Positions 36,702 to 46,951 of a stretch of 64,000 nucleotides of DNA are shown in pieces. The DNA comes from an uncultured virus (IMG/VR IMGVR_UViG_3300042861_002374) (taxonomy: Varidnaviria; Bamfordvirae). Position 1 is the first letter of the stretch. Each line of letters starts with the position of its first letter. The notes under the pieces were generated by a model that saw only the letters and a program-made list of their open reading frames with translations, had not been told where the DNA came from and ran no database searches. Location of the stretch: the IMG/VR virus record IMGVR_UViG_3300042861_002374; one strand, 5' to 3'. The position numbers were made by a program, and so were the translations under genes.

Positions 36702-38702
36702 TTAACTGTTCGATATAGACCAGATGTATTGATAACTATAAGGAAATGGTATTAGATCTGTGTTTGGATCAACAGAACCTTCAGGTGGTTTTAGACCATA
36801 TAAGAATATTCCACCTATTTTTTGGTTTATCGATAGAGTTAAAGTTTTAGCATCAGTTTTATACAAGTTTCCATCACTTGCCCATCCATTTTTATAAGGA
36901 TAATAAAAAATGCCGTTATCGAATTGAGCTTTTATTTGTTCTTTAGTAGCAATAGTGGCTTGCATCTTACTAGCTGCACTTTTGGCAGATGCAAAATCAT
37001 ACAAAAATCCATCCTGTTTTTCTGTATAATAAACTTCCTCGATTGGCTTCCTTGGATCACCACGACTCCACATAGAATATTTATTCCTATACGCAAAAGG
37101 ATATATGCATGCTCCTAACTTGTTATAGGCTACATTTTGGCAATTATAAGGAGGAATAGATTTTTTTACACCATACAAAAATACTGCATTTCTATAAATA
37201 CAGTCAGGATATTTATAAAAAAAATATCCTGACTGTGGTGTTTCCATATCAAATGCATAACAGTATCCATCATTTGCCACACCCACAATGTTATACTCTT
37301 GATAAATAAAAAATCCTTTTTGCACAGCATCTGTTAATTGTTCAGGTGTTGCAAGTTGATCGGTAATGCCTATACTTTTCAAATATTGTTGTGTTTTATC
37401 AAGATGTAAATTGTCTCCGCCGACTTTAAAATAATTGTCAGTGTATACATAGACTTCTTCATTACTTGGTAAACTTGTCATATAATCACTCGATGTGTTT
37501 GGGTAAAATACTGATCTAAATTTTGAATTTTTTGTAGGTGGTGGAGGTGATGGTGAATCACCGAATTTTGAATCAAAATTCTCGTCAAATAGACCAAAAC
37601 TTTCATTTTTAACGGCGTTTCTTGTATCTCTAATTGTAAACCAAAAAACTCTTTCTGGCCATACAATTCCTTGATCTGTTGAAGCATTCAAAAAGTTTTC
37701 GTACATTTTCTTTTCTACATCTACAGATGCCCATCCTTTTCCTGTTGCAAAAGATGCTAACGGAGCACTTGTCCAGCCAATTTCTGTAATCCAAAGTTTG
37801 GCATTTGGGTTAATATTTTTTACCAAAGTATAATAAGGATTAATTTGATTTTTAACAATTATATTATCTTTTGACCATGACACTGAATTTTCCAATGCTG
37901 TTTCTGTCATAGTTTTATTAGTGTTATCACTAAATAAGTCACTGTAAATATTTGAACAGACAAGAGGATCCAAAACAGGGGGGGATCCATTTTGTGACTT
38001 AAATAAACTTTTGTATTCTGGTATTGTATTAAATGTGTTTGTGACAAAACACGCTGTAATAGGAGGATGCAATCCATTTGTATAGACAGTTTTTAAACAT
38101 GATCTTAATTGATTTGCAAAGGTTTTTATACTAGTAAAATTGTCTTTTACAGTGTCGCCTTTTTTTGGTTCTCTATTTGATGTTGGTTCATTAAAAACTG
38201 AAAAAGCAATAATTTTTGTCAGCATGCTTGGAGGCCATGACTTTAATGTGTTGCACATTTTTGTTATACCTGGTATACCTGTTTTTTGATCTGTTATTGA
38301 ATCATGTTTAGATATACCTATAAAAACTTCAACATTTTGAGAAAGTAAGTATTTAATCCATGGTAATTCACCAAAAAATGAATATGTTCGTACTGAAGTT
38401 ATTGGTGAATTAGTAAGAGGCCATGTTTTAATTTTATTCCATACGTCAGAAATTGGTTTAGGTGGTTTTGCAATAGTTGTAGCGTCTACAGTAGTTGTAT
38501 CTAAACAAATTCCACGTGTAAAAGCACCGGATGGGTCAGTTGAACTATTGGATAAGTCACCTGAACTATTAGGTGAGATATAAATTTCTTTTGTATTTTC
38601 GCAAAATTTATTCTTAAAAATGATAAAGAGAAAAATGCATAATGCAAAGGTTAGGATGACTGTTATAAGTATTGGTAACAATTTTTTAAGAGAATCGTTC
38701 AT
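36702..38702 (-). CDS. Membrane-anchored GH17-like beta-1,3-glucanase with two C-terminal Link-like modules
   Basis: TM anchor; VRTYS, SVFNEP (acid/base), WITEIGW (nucleophile), ESFGLF; Pro linker; EEVY...LATPEQLTDAVQKG and EEVY...IATKEQIKAQFDNG...GW. Confidence 0.78.
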   Translation of the reverse strand: MNDSLKKLLPILITVILTFALCIFLFIIFKNKFCENTKEIYISPNSSGDLSNSSTDPSGAFTRGICLDTTTVDATTIAKPPKPISDVWNKIKTWPLTNSPITSVRTYSFFGELPWIKYLLSQNVEVFIGISKHDSITDQKTGIPGITKMCNTLKSWPPSMLTKIIAFSVFNEPTSNREPKKGDTVKDNFTSIKTFANQLRSCLKTVYTNGLHPPITACFVTNTFNTIPEYKSLFKSQNGSPPVLDPLVCSNIYSDLFSDNTNKTMTETALENSVSWSKDNIIVKNQINPYYTLVKNINPNAKLWITEIGWTSAPLASFATGKGWASVDVEKKMYENFLNASTDQGIVWPERVFWFTIRDTRNAVKNESFGLFDENFDSKFGDSPSPPPPTKNSKFRSVFYPNTSSDYMTSLPSNEEVYVYTDNYFKVGGDNLHLDKTQQYLKSIGITDQLATPEQLTDAVQKGFFIYQEYNIVGVANDGYCYAFDMETPQSGYFFYKYPDCIYRNAVFLYGVKKSIPPYNCQNVAYNKLGACIYPFAYRNKYSMWSRGDPRKPIEEVYYTEKQDGFLYDFASAKSAASKMQATIATKEQIKAQFDNGIFYYPYKNGWASDGNLYKTDAKTLTLSINQKIGGIFLYGLKPPEGSVDPNTDLIPFPYSYQYIWSISNS

Positions 38703-38766
38703 TTTATATATATATATATATAATATAAAATTTATTAATATTCATAAGGAAGATCAATGTAATAGT

Positions 38767-41502
38767 CTACATAGGTGGTAATGTTTTTGTATTTTTATCG
38801 TATTTTACCAAATCATCTTCTTCTAGAATAATAACTTCTCCAGAGTCTACATCATCCTGAAGTGTTCGTATTCTATGTCCATCCCATTTAATACCACGTT
38901 CTGATTCTCCCCACAAACGATCAAAATATTCTTTCACCTCATTTTTGATAGGTAAAGACATATTAGGCCATCCTTCCTTGAACCATTCTTTAAACTGAGC
39001 ATATATTTCAGTAAGAGTCAATGATGCTGAATCGTCATCAATGATGCATTCTTCAATAAATTGACGGTAGACATCATTTTGACGACGATAAATCGCAGTA
39101 GCTTCCCGTACTTTCTCTGGTTCTACTCGTACATTAACTTTCTGACGCCATTGAAGTAAATACCAAGCAAATGCAGAGACTAATCCAGGAATATTCTTAC
39201 CAAACTCTTTGTCCATAGGAAAACGTTTCTGCTTAATTTGCTCTTCAAAAGTTACTGGGCAAGGTTCTCCGGGTTCTACAAATGTTGATTCAAATGGAAT
39301 AACACGAATACGGTTCCAAGTTGCCTTATCAGAATATTTTAGTTTAGGAAGTTTGTTACAAATGAAAGTTAACATAAACATTGGAAAAACTTCTCGAGTG
39401 CTCTTTCCCCTCTCAAAGAGATCACGAGCCCAATAACTATCTCCACCACTCAGCTTCTTTAATTCACCAATATTGAGTTGTTCATCCGCATCTGGTTCTT
39501 CCATCGTAGCATGACGTACTGGAGGAGCTGCCCGAGACAACTCGGGGTTTGCCGAACCTGAAGCAACTTTCTTTCCTGTAAAATATTGTGTATTGAATTT
39601 AATAGCTAGCTCTCCAAGCATCAATTCAAAAAATTTCTGAGTAATAGATTTGGCATTATCTCCTTCTCCTGTCCACATGTATACTTTCTTTTGTTTATTT
39701 CCTCCAACAAATACATCAGAATAAGTATCTAAAAAATATGTTCTAATTGTCTCATCTGGAAATACTTTTGTTAAGAATTCAATAACATTTTGCACAACCT
39801 CATCTGATTCATTATACTCCTTATATTCAATTGGGATTGTTTTATTTATAAAATCCTCTGGACGACCAGAACGAAACTCGTTCAATTTAAGATCGTAAAC
39901 TCCGTTACTAAAACCAATAATATATGGATTTTGATCCAATTTTTGTTTAAAACGACGATCATAAAATACCTCCATCGCTTCTTTCATAATATTATTCTTG
40001 TAAGGAGACGCTTTGAGATTGCTTACTATCTTCTGTACTTGTTTCAGTCGAGCGTTAAACATTGCTTCCTCACCCTTGTCTTTAACAGTTGCAAGTTTTG
40101 TGAACAGTTCAGAACCCATATCGTTATATTTGTTGACAATATCTTCTGAAATTTTTTCTCTCAAGAATACTCCCTCCTCAATCTCTTCCCATTTATGATC
40201 CTTAAATTGATACCATGTTTTACCAGCTATTGAAGCACAAACAAATTCAGTTCCGTATTCAGAAAACAAAACTTTTGCAATGTCATTATGTGAACCGTTC
40301 AAAGACTCTTTTACAAAATGTTCTGCCTGTTCATTCTTGAAAACTTTGTAAAGTTGCGGACTATCTATACTTGCAAAATGCTTGAGAGTACCTAAAGTCA
40401 AATCTTTTTTAACCATCCTCTCCCACTCATATATACAATTTGCTTCATCGTATTTTTCCTCACACCTAGAAGAGAATTCCATCCATTGTTCTAGAGCTTC
40501 TGGACTGGCATCTCCAATGTTGTACAAAATCCATCCGATAGTAATCCACTCATTACGTTCTTCACAACGAAAATCAGCTAGCATAGGTAATAAACGTTCC
40601 GAAATTTTAAGAGCTTCTTCAACAGAAACTTTTAATGGTTTTTTGTTTTTTGTTTTTTGTTCTTGTATCTTTCCCTTCAAAGGTGAAATTAAACCATTCT
40701 TTAGTTCTTGTGTAAGTCTACCATATGGGATTATACTCAGAATTCTTGGTAAAAACCTTTTTACGTCGTGATTAATAGGAATTACCTTTTCTTTCATATC
40801 GTAAATAAGATAGTCTTTAAAAGCATCTTCTAAAGTCTCCTCGGTTCCTTCGGACGTAAAGACCTTTGTAACTTTATACGGATCCATATCTTCGGCTTTT
40901 CTACTTCCATATAACAGCCATGGAACTGTGCAACACGCTTTGTCAATTACAACTGACGAATCTTCATAACCAATATCAGCAAATATTCTCATTTCTTGAG
41001 TTGCATCTTTAACACGAGGAATCAAATGAACTTCTTGATCTACTTTGCTCAAAAAAAGATTTGGAAAATGCAAATGAAACCCATTCTTTACATAAGACGT
41101 TTCTCCAGCAGAAATATAATACATCTGTTTTTCCAGAAGAACACAAAGTAGATTATCATCTGTACATCCTTCTACAATATTTCTGAGAACAGACTGGTAT
41201 ATGTCTATTATCTGTTTTACATGATTTTCTGTATAAAGATGTTCTTCAAACTCTATATCACCTGTATCTTTAACTTTCAAATCTATATCAGCTAGTACAG
41301 GAAGATAATGTTGTGGTTTTTCTGCAATGCCAACTAGAGCATTTTCATCTTCCGAAATTTTGTCGCAATATATATCCCAAAAAGTTTCTAATTTCTCTCG
41401 ATTAAACTGAAATTTTCCTCTCGGTTGAAGCATAGAAACGTGAGTATGGAATACACCATCTACATAATTTTCACGGAGTATTTGTTCTATTGATTGAATC
41501 AT
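38767..41502 (-). CDS. D5R: D5-like primase-helicase (AEP + PriCT-2 + D5_N + SF3 helicase)
   Basis: LADIDL, GFHLHFP, WITIGWIL..W.EFS, GVYDL, GEGDNAKS, CNKLP...ATWNRIRVIPF; AAAATTGA upstream at 41534-41541. Confidence 0.95.
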   Translation of the reverse strand: MIQSIEQILRENYVDGVFHTHVSMLQPRGKFQFNREKLETFWDIYCDKISEDENALVGIAEKPQHYLPVLADIDLKVKDTGDIEFEEHLYTENHVKQIIDIYQSVLRNIVEGCTDDNLLCVLLEKQMYYISAGETSYVKNGFHLHFPNLFLSKVDQEVHLIPRVKDATQEMRIFADIGYEDSSVVIDKACCTVPWLLYGSRKAEDMDPYKVTKVFTSEGTEETLEDAFKDYLIYDMKEKVIPINHDVKRFLPRILSIIPYGRLTQELKNGLISPLKGKIQEQKTKNKKPLKVSVEEALKISERLLPMLADFRCEERNEWITIGWILYNIGDASPEALEQWMEFSSRCEEKYDEANCIYEWERMVKKDLTLGTLKHFASIDSPQLYKVFKNEQAEHFVKESLNGSHNDIAKVLFSEYGTEFVCASIAGKTWYQFKDHKWEEIEEGVFLREKISEDIVNKYNDMGSELFTKLATVKDKGEEAMFNARLKQVQKIVSNLKASPYKNNIMKEAMEVFYDRRFKQKLDQNPYIIGFSNGVYDLKLNEFRSGRPEDFINKTIPIEYKEYNESDEVVQNVIEFLTKVFPDETIRTYFLDTYSDVFVGGNKQKKVYMWTGEGDNAKSITQKFFELMLGELAIKFNTQYFTGKKVASGSANPELSRAAPPVRHATMEEPDADEQLNIGELKKLSGGDSYWARDLFERGKSTREVFPMFMLTFICNKLPKLKYSDKATWNRIRVIPFESTFVEPGEPCPVTFEEQIKQKRFPMDKEFGKNIPGLVSAFAWYLLQWRQKVNVRVEPEKVREATAIYRRQNDVYRQFIEECIIDDDSASLTLTEIYAQFKEWFKEGWPNMSLPIKNEVKEYFDRLWGESERGIKWDGHRIRTLQDDVDSGEVIILEEDDLVKYDKNTKTLPPM

Positions 41503-41621
41503 TTGTCTTATTATTCCATTCCATAAATGTTTTTCAATTTTACTTTTCTAAACATCAATTCGAACAATATACATCTTATTCATGTAATTAAGATTTAAAA
41601 ACTTTTTTTCAATATAGAAAG

Positions 41622-42155
41622 ATGTCTACACATATTGAGAATGAAAACGCAAATGATGAAACTAAAGATACGAATAATACAGAAGATAAGAAAACTTCTG
41701 AAGAAAATATTATAAACGATCAATCAGATGATGATGATAGTGATGATGATAGTGATGACGAGAGCGACATAATCCCAAATCTTTCTTTGAAGAAAGGTTC
41801 ATCCATTTTTATTATTAATGTTGACGGAGTTCCAACTTTTTATACCAAGAATATTAAAGATGCAAGAGAAAGGATGTGGGATCTAGCTAGGATCCGCAGA
41901 AATAGAGAAACAAATTATAATACTTATATTCGTGGATGTCCTGATAAGAATAGAATTGAAATTGTAGGATCTTACAAGTTGTCTATATTTTCTGTAGATC
42001 GAGCTATTTGCTGGCTGCATATTTCTAGAGTACAAGAAGTTGTACAAGATATTATTTCTAAGGAGGAATCTCCTGATAAAGATACAAATCTTCCTGAAGA
42101 ATTATCTCAGCCTAAACTAAATTCTCCACCTAAAAATCGTGGATTTTTTTGGTAA
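41622..42155 (+). CDS. Hypothetical protein with an acidic N-terminus
   Basis: 177-aa non-overlapping ORF followed by a hairpin. Confidence 0.7.
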   Translation: MSTHIENENANDETKDTNNTEDKKTSEENIINDQSDDDDSDDDSDDESDIIPNLSLKKGSSIFIINVDGVPTFYTKNIKDARERMWDLARIRRNRETNYNTYIRGCPDKNRIEIVGSYKLSIFSVDRAICWLHISRVQEVVQDIISKEESPDKDTNLPEELSQPKLNSPPKNRGFFW

Positions 42156-42258
42156 TTTATATAATCTATTTTCTAATACACAAATTGTATTAGAATTATT
42201 ATATGTTACAGAGTAAAATATTTTTAAAAGTCTTGAAAAATAAAAGCATTATTAACTT

Positions 42259-43806
42259 TTATTTTGTTAGAAATCTTAGATAATTAACCATTTGGTCTTT
42301 TTTAATATAAGATATATCATAACTAACAATATACCCTTGTAATAAATTAATTATTGAAATATTATCAACCTTATTAAAGCTTGAACTACAATTTAACAAC
42401 GAGGCGTACCCTAATAATTGTAACATTTCATAGACAGAGTTTTTACCACACGTGCATTTGATATCATATAAATAATTGTTTATTACTAAATCACAATCTG
42501 CCGGAATATTTTTATTGTCTAATAATTCAATTCGGTATCCTAACGATGGATTTAATAAAATATTTGGCTGTTCCAGTAATGCTCCGCTGCAAACCCGTGG
42601 TGGTAGCCGGCGAATATTTGATGATTTCTTTTTTTTTACCAGTTCTTCACACATATTTTTTAAAGGCAAATAAAACACCTCTTCTATATTGTTTGTAAAC
42701 TTAATTAAATCCAATATTTGATTAACTTTGTTTTGTTTTGGACACCAGCCGAATGATATTGTATGTGTCAAAGAAGTTATAAATAATTCTTTCATAATTT
42801 TAACAGATGGATATAATTTGGTGTTTTTTGATTTTTCGTAACAAATGTTTACACATTCGTCTAATTTACATTCAGCTGACAATAGAACATCATCTTCTGT
42901 ATCAGTATATTCTACAAATCGTCGTTTGCACCCATACGAACAAATATGTCTTGATGTGTTAGGTTCTACACGTTGTATATACTTATTTTCTATATATTTG
43001 TTGTAGTAAAATTCTTTATTAACAAAATCAACGCAATTAGGAATACGGTATCTAATCCAACCATTATAATTTCTATACTCAATATTTAACCATTCATTTT
43101 TCTTATTTTTTACAATGAAATTATCGCCTTGATTAATACTAGTAATATGATCAGATTTTATAGAAGGTTTTTTATGTACATCCCACAAATTAAAATCGTC
43201 ATTAGGAATAAAAGTCCATACTTCTTCGTCTAAAATCATGTTAATCTCATTGTTATTATTTATTTGACATTCTGCTCTTCTATCATAAAATGTTTTTTGT
43301 GTTATTTCGCAAATTATTCTTCTTACAAGATAATCTAAGAATGTTCCGGTTAATGAACTATCGATAGAATACATTGTTTTAATAAATTGAAAATAATCCT
43401 TTGAAGCCACTTTTGTTGTGTGTAGTTGTTGCTCATTTTCAATATTATCCATATCTCTAAGTTCTACATGGGTCGAGGCTTCTGTAAACTGAGTAAAATC
43501 AATACATTCGTCATTCAATATTTGTTTGATTGTTTTATTGTATTGCAAAACATCAATATTATTAAAACATTCTTTCATAATGTAGTAATAACAAGGTTTA
43601 TTTGAAATATTTCTGATTCTTTTAGTTAGATTACCTATCATTTTTATTTTACTATAATGATTTTTGTATAACCATTCATATAAATATGACTTAATATCCT
43701 CATTTTTTTCGTTATTTGAAACCTGAATTATAGATTTTATTGGACTTTTTAACAATTCACCAATTGTTTTATATTTTTGGCTCGTGATTAAGGTAAGACT
43801 ATCCAT
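42259..43806 (-). CDS. PD-(D/E)XK (RecB-like) nuclease-family protein with an inserted bacterial SH3b-like domain
   Basis: ADCDLVINNYLYDIKCT...LQLLGYA; VHKKPSIKSDHITSINQGDNFIVKNKKNEWLNIEYRNYNGWI. Confidence 0.62.
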   Translation of the reverse strand: MDSLTLITSQKYKTIGELLKSPIKSIIQVSNNEKNEDIKSYLYEWLYKNHYSKIKMIGNLTKRIRNISNKPCYYYIMKECFNNIDVLQYNKTIKQILNDECIDFTQFTEASTHVELRDMDNIENEQQLHTTKVASKDYFQFIKTMYSIDSSLTGTFLDYLVRRIICEITQKTFYDRRAECQINNNNEINMILDEEVWTFIPNDDFNLWDVHKKPSIKSDHITSINQGDNFIVKNKKNEWLNIEYRNYNGWIRYRIPNCVDFVNKEFYYNKYIENKYIQRVEPNTSRHICSYGCKRRFVEYTDTEDDVLLSAECKLDECVNICYEKSKNTKLYPSVKIMKELFITSLTHTISFGWCPKQNKVNQILDLIKFTNNIEEVFYLPLKNMCEELVKKKKSSNIRRLPPRVCSGALLEQPNILLNPSLGYRIELLDNKNIPADCDLVINNYLYDIKCTCGKNSVYEMLQLLGYASLLNCSSSFNKVDNISIINLLQGYIVSYDISYIKKDQMVNYLRFLTK

Positions 43807-44028
43807 GATTTATATATTAATATAAATTGTCTTTATTTTATTTAGATTTTATTTTTTGTTAGTTATAGAGGCTTAATTTGAAAAACTAGAATCATTATTG
43901 TATCAATACTAGTTTATTTTGTAACTAAAATTCTCTAACTATTTGCCTGATCTCAGCCTAAAACTAAATTTTCTACTGAGTTTATTCTTCATATAATATG
44001 AATATGAAGAAATGTAATAAATATCTTT

Positions 44029-44208
44029 TTAGTATATTACTGTTGAAGCGTTACTGCACATAGAGTCTGAACGATCAAAATTTTCGTCTTCTACCATTTG
44101 TAAGAGAATATCAAATGGATTTTCATAATCAATATTACGAATTAACTGTTCATTTTGGATATTTGACTGGTTGTTTAAAATAAAATTATTGATTTGAATA
44201 GTAGACAT
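44029..44208 (-). CDS. Small hypothetical protein (59 aa, below the ORF-track cutoff)
   Basis: AAAAATG start, MSTIQINNF...NASTVIY then TAA; fills an intergenic gap. Confidence 0.45.
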   Translation of the reverse strand: MSTIQINNFILNNQSNIQNEQLIRNIDYENPFDILLQMVEDENFDRSDSMCSNASTVIY

Positions 44209-44331
44209 TTTTAATCTAATATTATTTTCTACTACAAATATTCATTTTTATATTTTGCATGTGGTTTTCTCAAGAGGATTGAAACTAAGTCATTATGTGG
44301 GTTGAGAGTATCAAAATGTAATTTTACTTGT

Positions 44332-45750
44332 TTATATATTATTCATTAAAATTTTTCTAAACTCCTCCATAAAAGTAGGATTGCGATTAAAACCAACTAT
44401 ATTGTGTTCAACCATCAAATTATTCTCTTGATCATTAAGAGAATCAATAATCATCTTTCCTAAAAGCAGTCCGTTTATGTCTACTATTATATCACCTTTC
44501 AAATCTTTATACTTTAAAAATCTAACTTTATGTTCTGAATCATAATAATCATCATCAATGATAAGACGATTATTTAAAGGATAAGATAATGAGTAATCCG
44601 CATACCCTTCTGGACCTCTTAAAATATGGTCTATAGTCAAAAACTTTGCATTTTTCAACAACCACTCTTTTGTGATTGATAAATTAGATTGTTGCTCAAT
44701 CAGTTGTTTAGCACAATTCTTTCCTGTGAGCTGAGCCATTGTTCTGTTGAACAAACCAGGTTTTATTTCTAACTCTCTGATAGAACTCTCATTCGTAACA
44801 ATATCTTTAATCGCAGTTGGATTTTTTACACATTCTTCTGCTGCAAACTTGCTTGCTTTTCTCTTAAGAGGTAAATGCACTCTGTCTATCAAATGAACAT
44901 TCTTATAATCAACAACATGTTCACCATTAACATCGATGTGGTGGAACGTACCACGTTCTGTATCAGTACAAACTATCTGTGATTTGCCATTTGAGTCTGT
45001 AGAAAGATATTTGTAAACAACTTGAGCTGCTCCTTTCTGACCTTCATAAAAATCGTTCTTTGTATACTTTTCATCTATTATACTATCAACACGAGCCTGA
45101 GATAAATCAAGAGGAGTAAGACTTGAAATCATCAGATTGTTTTGAATGTTTTTTGTGCTGTTTTTCTGATAAGTAGGCTGTTTTGCTATCTCTTCGAATG
45201 CAGCTTTGTATACTAAACTAATTTCTTCGGCTTTCTCAATTTTTAATCTGGTAATTTCTTCATTTTTTTGAGCTTTTTCAATTTTTAATTTAACATTTTC
45301 TTCATCTTTTTGATTAAGAAGATATTGATTTTTTTTCTTACATATTATATCATGTCTATTAAAAGTTAAAGCTGAAAAGTTCTTATTACAAAATTTACAC
45401 GTTACTAAACATACTTTAATTTCTTGATAATTTTGAGATTCTTGTATTTTAAGACAATATTTTGCTTGGGTCTGATGAATACGTAAAAGATATTTTGTTT
45501 TGAACTCTTTACTACAAAATTGACAAGTTAATTCTTTAGCTATCTCTTTTAAAGCTTGTTCTTCTGCTTTGGCTTTATTCTCTTCTATCTCTTTGACTTT
45601 AGCTTCTATAAGAGCTTTTTCATCTTGTTCTTTTGCTTTAATTTCTTGTATTTTCAGACAATACTTAGTCTTTTTTTGGTGTTGACGTAGCATCTTAGTA
45701 TCACCAAAAATATTATTACAAAACTGACATTCCATCTGCTTTATTTTCAT
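44332..45750 (-). CDS. Multi-zinc-finger, coiled-coil repeat-family protein (paralog of 14700..16154)
   Basis: Near-identical central domain (NNLMISSLTPLDLSQARVDS...PGLFNRTMA) and the same three fingers. Confidence 0.88.
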   Translation of the reverse strand: MKIKQMECQFCNNIFGDTKMLRQHQKKTKYCLKIQEIKAKEQDEKALIEAKVKEIEENKAKAEEQALKEIAKELTCQFCSKEFKTKYLLRIHQTQAKYCLKIQESQNYQEIKVCLVTCKFCNKNFSALTFNRHDIICKKKNQYLLNQKDEENVKLKIEKAQKNEEITRLKIEKAEEISLVYKAAFEEIAKQPTYQKNSTKNIQNNLMISSLTPLDLSQARVDSIIDEKYTKNDFYEGQKGAAQVVYKYLSTDSNGKSQIVCTDTERGTFHHIDVNGEHVVDYKNVHLIDRVHLPLKRKASKFAAEECVKNPTAIKDIVTNESSIRELEIKPGLFNRTMAQLTGKNCAKQLIEQQSNLSITKEWLLKNAKFLTIDHILRGPEGYADYSLSYPLNNRLIIDDDYYDSEHKVRFLKYKDLKGDIIVDINGLLLGKMIIDSLNDQENNLMVEHNIVGFNRNPTFMEEFRKILMNNI

Positions 45751-46157
45751 TCCTTAACTTTTTAAGTAGGAATAAAATACAGTTTTTTTTATATAAAAAC
45801 ATCACTTTTCCTGATAAATTTAAAAACGTCTAGAAATAGTCTAGAATAAGATTAAAAGGAATGAAAATAGTGACTATTCTCTGATAAAAGTTACTTTTTG
45901 CAAAAAATTGAAATTTGTGTGTGTGTAAGACTCGTTTTAAAAATACCCGACCCTGAAAAAACCTGATTTTTCGTTCGAACTTTTGAAAAAGGCGGAGGAG
46001 CAAAAAAAGGTTTTTGGTTTTTCATTTTCTTTCCTAATATTTTGAGAAATTTATACAAAATTTTCTTTGAATTTGGATTTTTTTCTCCTCCTCCGCCTTT
46101 TTTCAATTAAAAAAATTAGTATTTAAAAATTCAACTCTATAATGAGTAAGAAGCTTT
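44332..46157 (-). mobile_element. MIGE-like interspersed element, copy 2
   Basis: Leader homologous to 14294-14700, including AAAGCTTCTTACT, AAAAAGG..GGAGGA, ACACACACACAAATTTCAA and ACTTTTATCAGAGAATAGTCACTA; 15-bp inverted repeat at 45986-46000 and 46088-46102. Confidence 0.65.
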
Positions 46158-46217
46158 CTCAGAAAAACTAATCAGTGTAATTTTTTGAAAATCTTATATT
46201 GTAAATATAAGATCATT

Positions 46218-46925
46218 CTACAGTTTTTTGTCAATATAAACAAGTATCTTGAAAGCCTGTAACTGACATAATACATCTGCTAAATCATCTCTTTTACGAG
46301 ACGATGTTAATGATGCTATAGTATCTAAATCTTTTCTTTCTTTTAATATATTCATAGCCTTTTCAATACTCCATTTTTTTCTTGCTGGCTTGTCTATTGC
46401 CTTAAAAGTAGATTTTCCTTTTGTTGATATCTTTTCTATCTTTTTTGCTCCCAAAATCTGTGTTTTGTGGTAAGCAGGAAACTCTATGATTTCTTTAAAT
46501 CTTCCGTATTTGAAAGCAAAATAAGACCAACAATGTTGTCCTAATTTTAGAGCCATTGTATTATGTCTTTTTCCGAAAGACATCTGTTTTTCAATGACAA
46601 ATGCATCACATTGATCCCAATAATCAACATACTTATCTAATAAGTCTGTCATATTGTGATAAGTTTCTGGATCTAAATAAGAACCCTTTTTACATCCATC
46701 TGTGAGATCTGTATTTTGAAATATAATGCTTTTTCCATTAACACAAACTTTTTTTATTATGCTTTCAAAAGCAGGAGTTGTAGTTCCATCAGGATTGTAT
46801 CTGTTTGCGATTGGCAGTCGAGGCAAGTTCATAATATCTGATTTGTTAAATTCTTCAATGTAGAAAGCGAAGTTTTTTTTCCCTATGTCGAAACTTGCAA
46901 CCCATACAATATCAGAGTCGCTCAT
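46218..46925 (-). CDS. A22R: Holliday junction resolvase (poxvirus A22/RuvC-like)
   Basis: ASFDIGKKNFA, VIEKQ, RKKWSI, KRDDLAD. Confidence 0.92.
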   Translation of the reverse strand: MSDSDIVWVASFDIGKKNFAFYIEEFNKSDIMNLPRLPIANRYNPDGTTTPAFESIIKKVCVNGKSIIFQNTDLTDGCKKGSYLDPETYHNMTDLLDKYVDYWDQCDAFVIEKQMSFGKRHNTMALKLGQHCWSYFAFKYGRFKEIIEFPAYHKTQILGAKKIEKISTKGKSTFKAIDKPARKKWSIEKAMNILKERKDLDTIASLTSSRKRDDLADVLCQLQAFKILVYIDKKL

Positions 46926-46951
46926 TTATGAGATAGTATATGGTTTTTAGA

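Noticed and set aside
45891..46106. 71-aa ORF upstream of the zinc-finger gene
   Set aside because: It lies in the conserved leader, and the homologous leader at 14370-14560 has indels and no equivalent ORF in the track.
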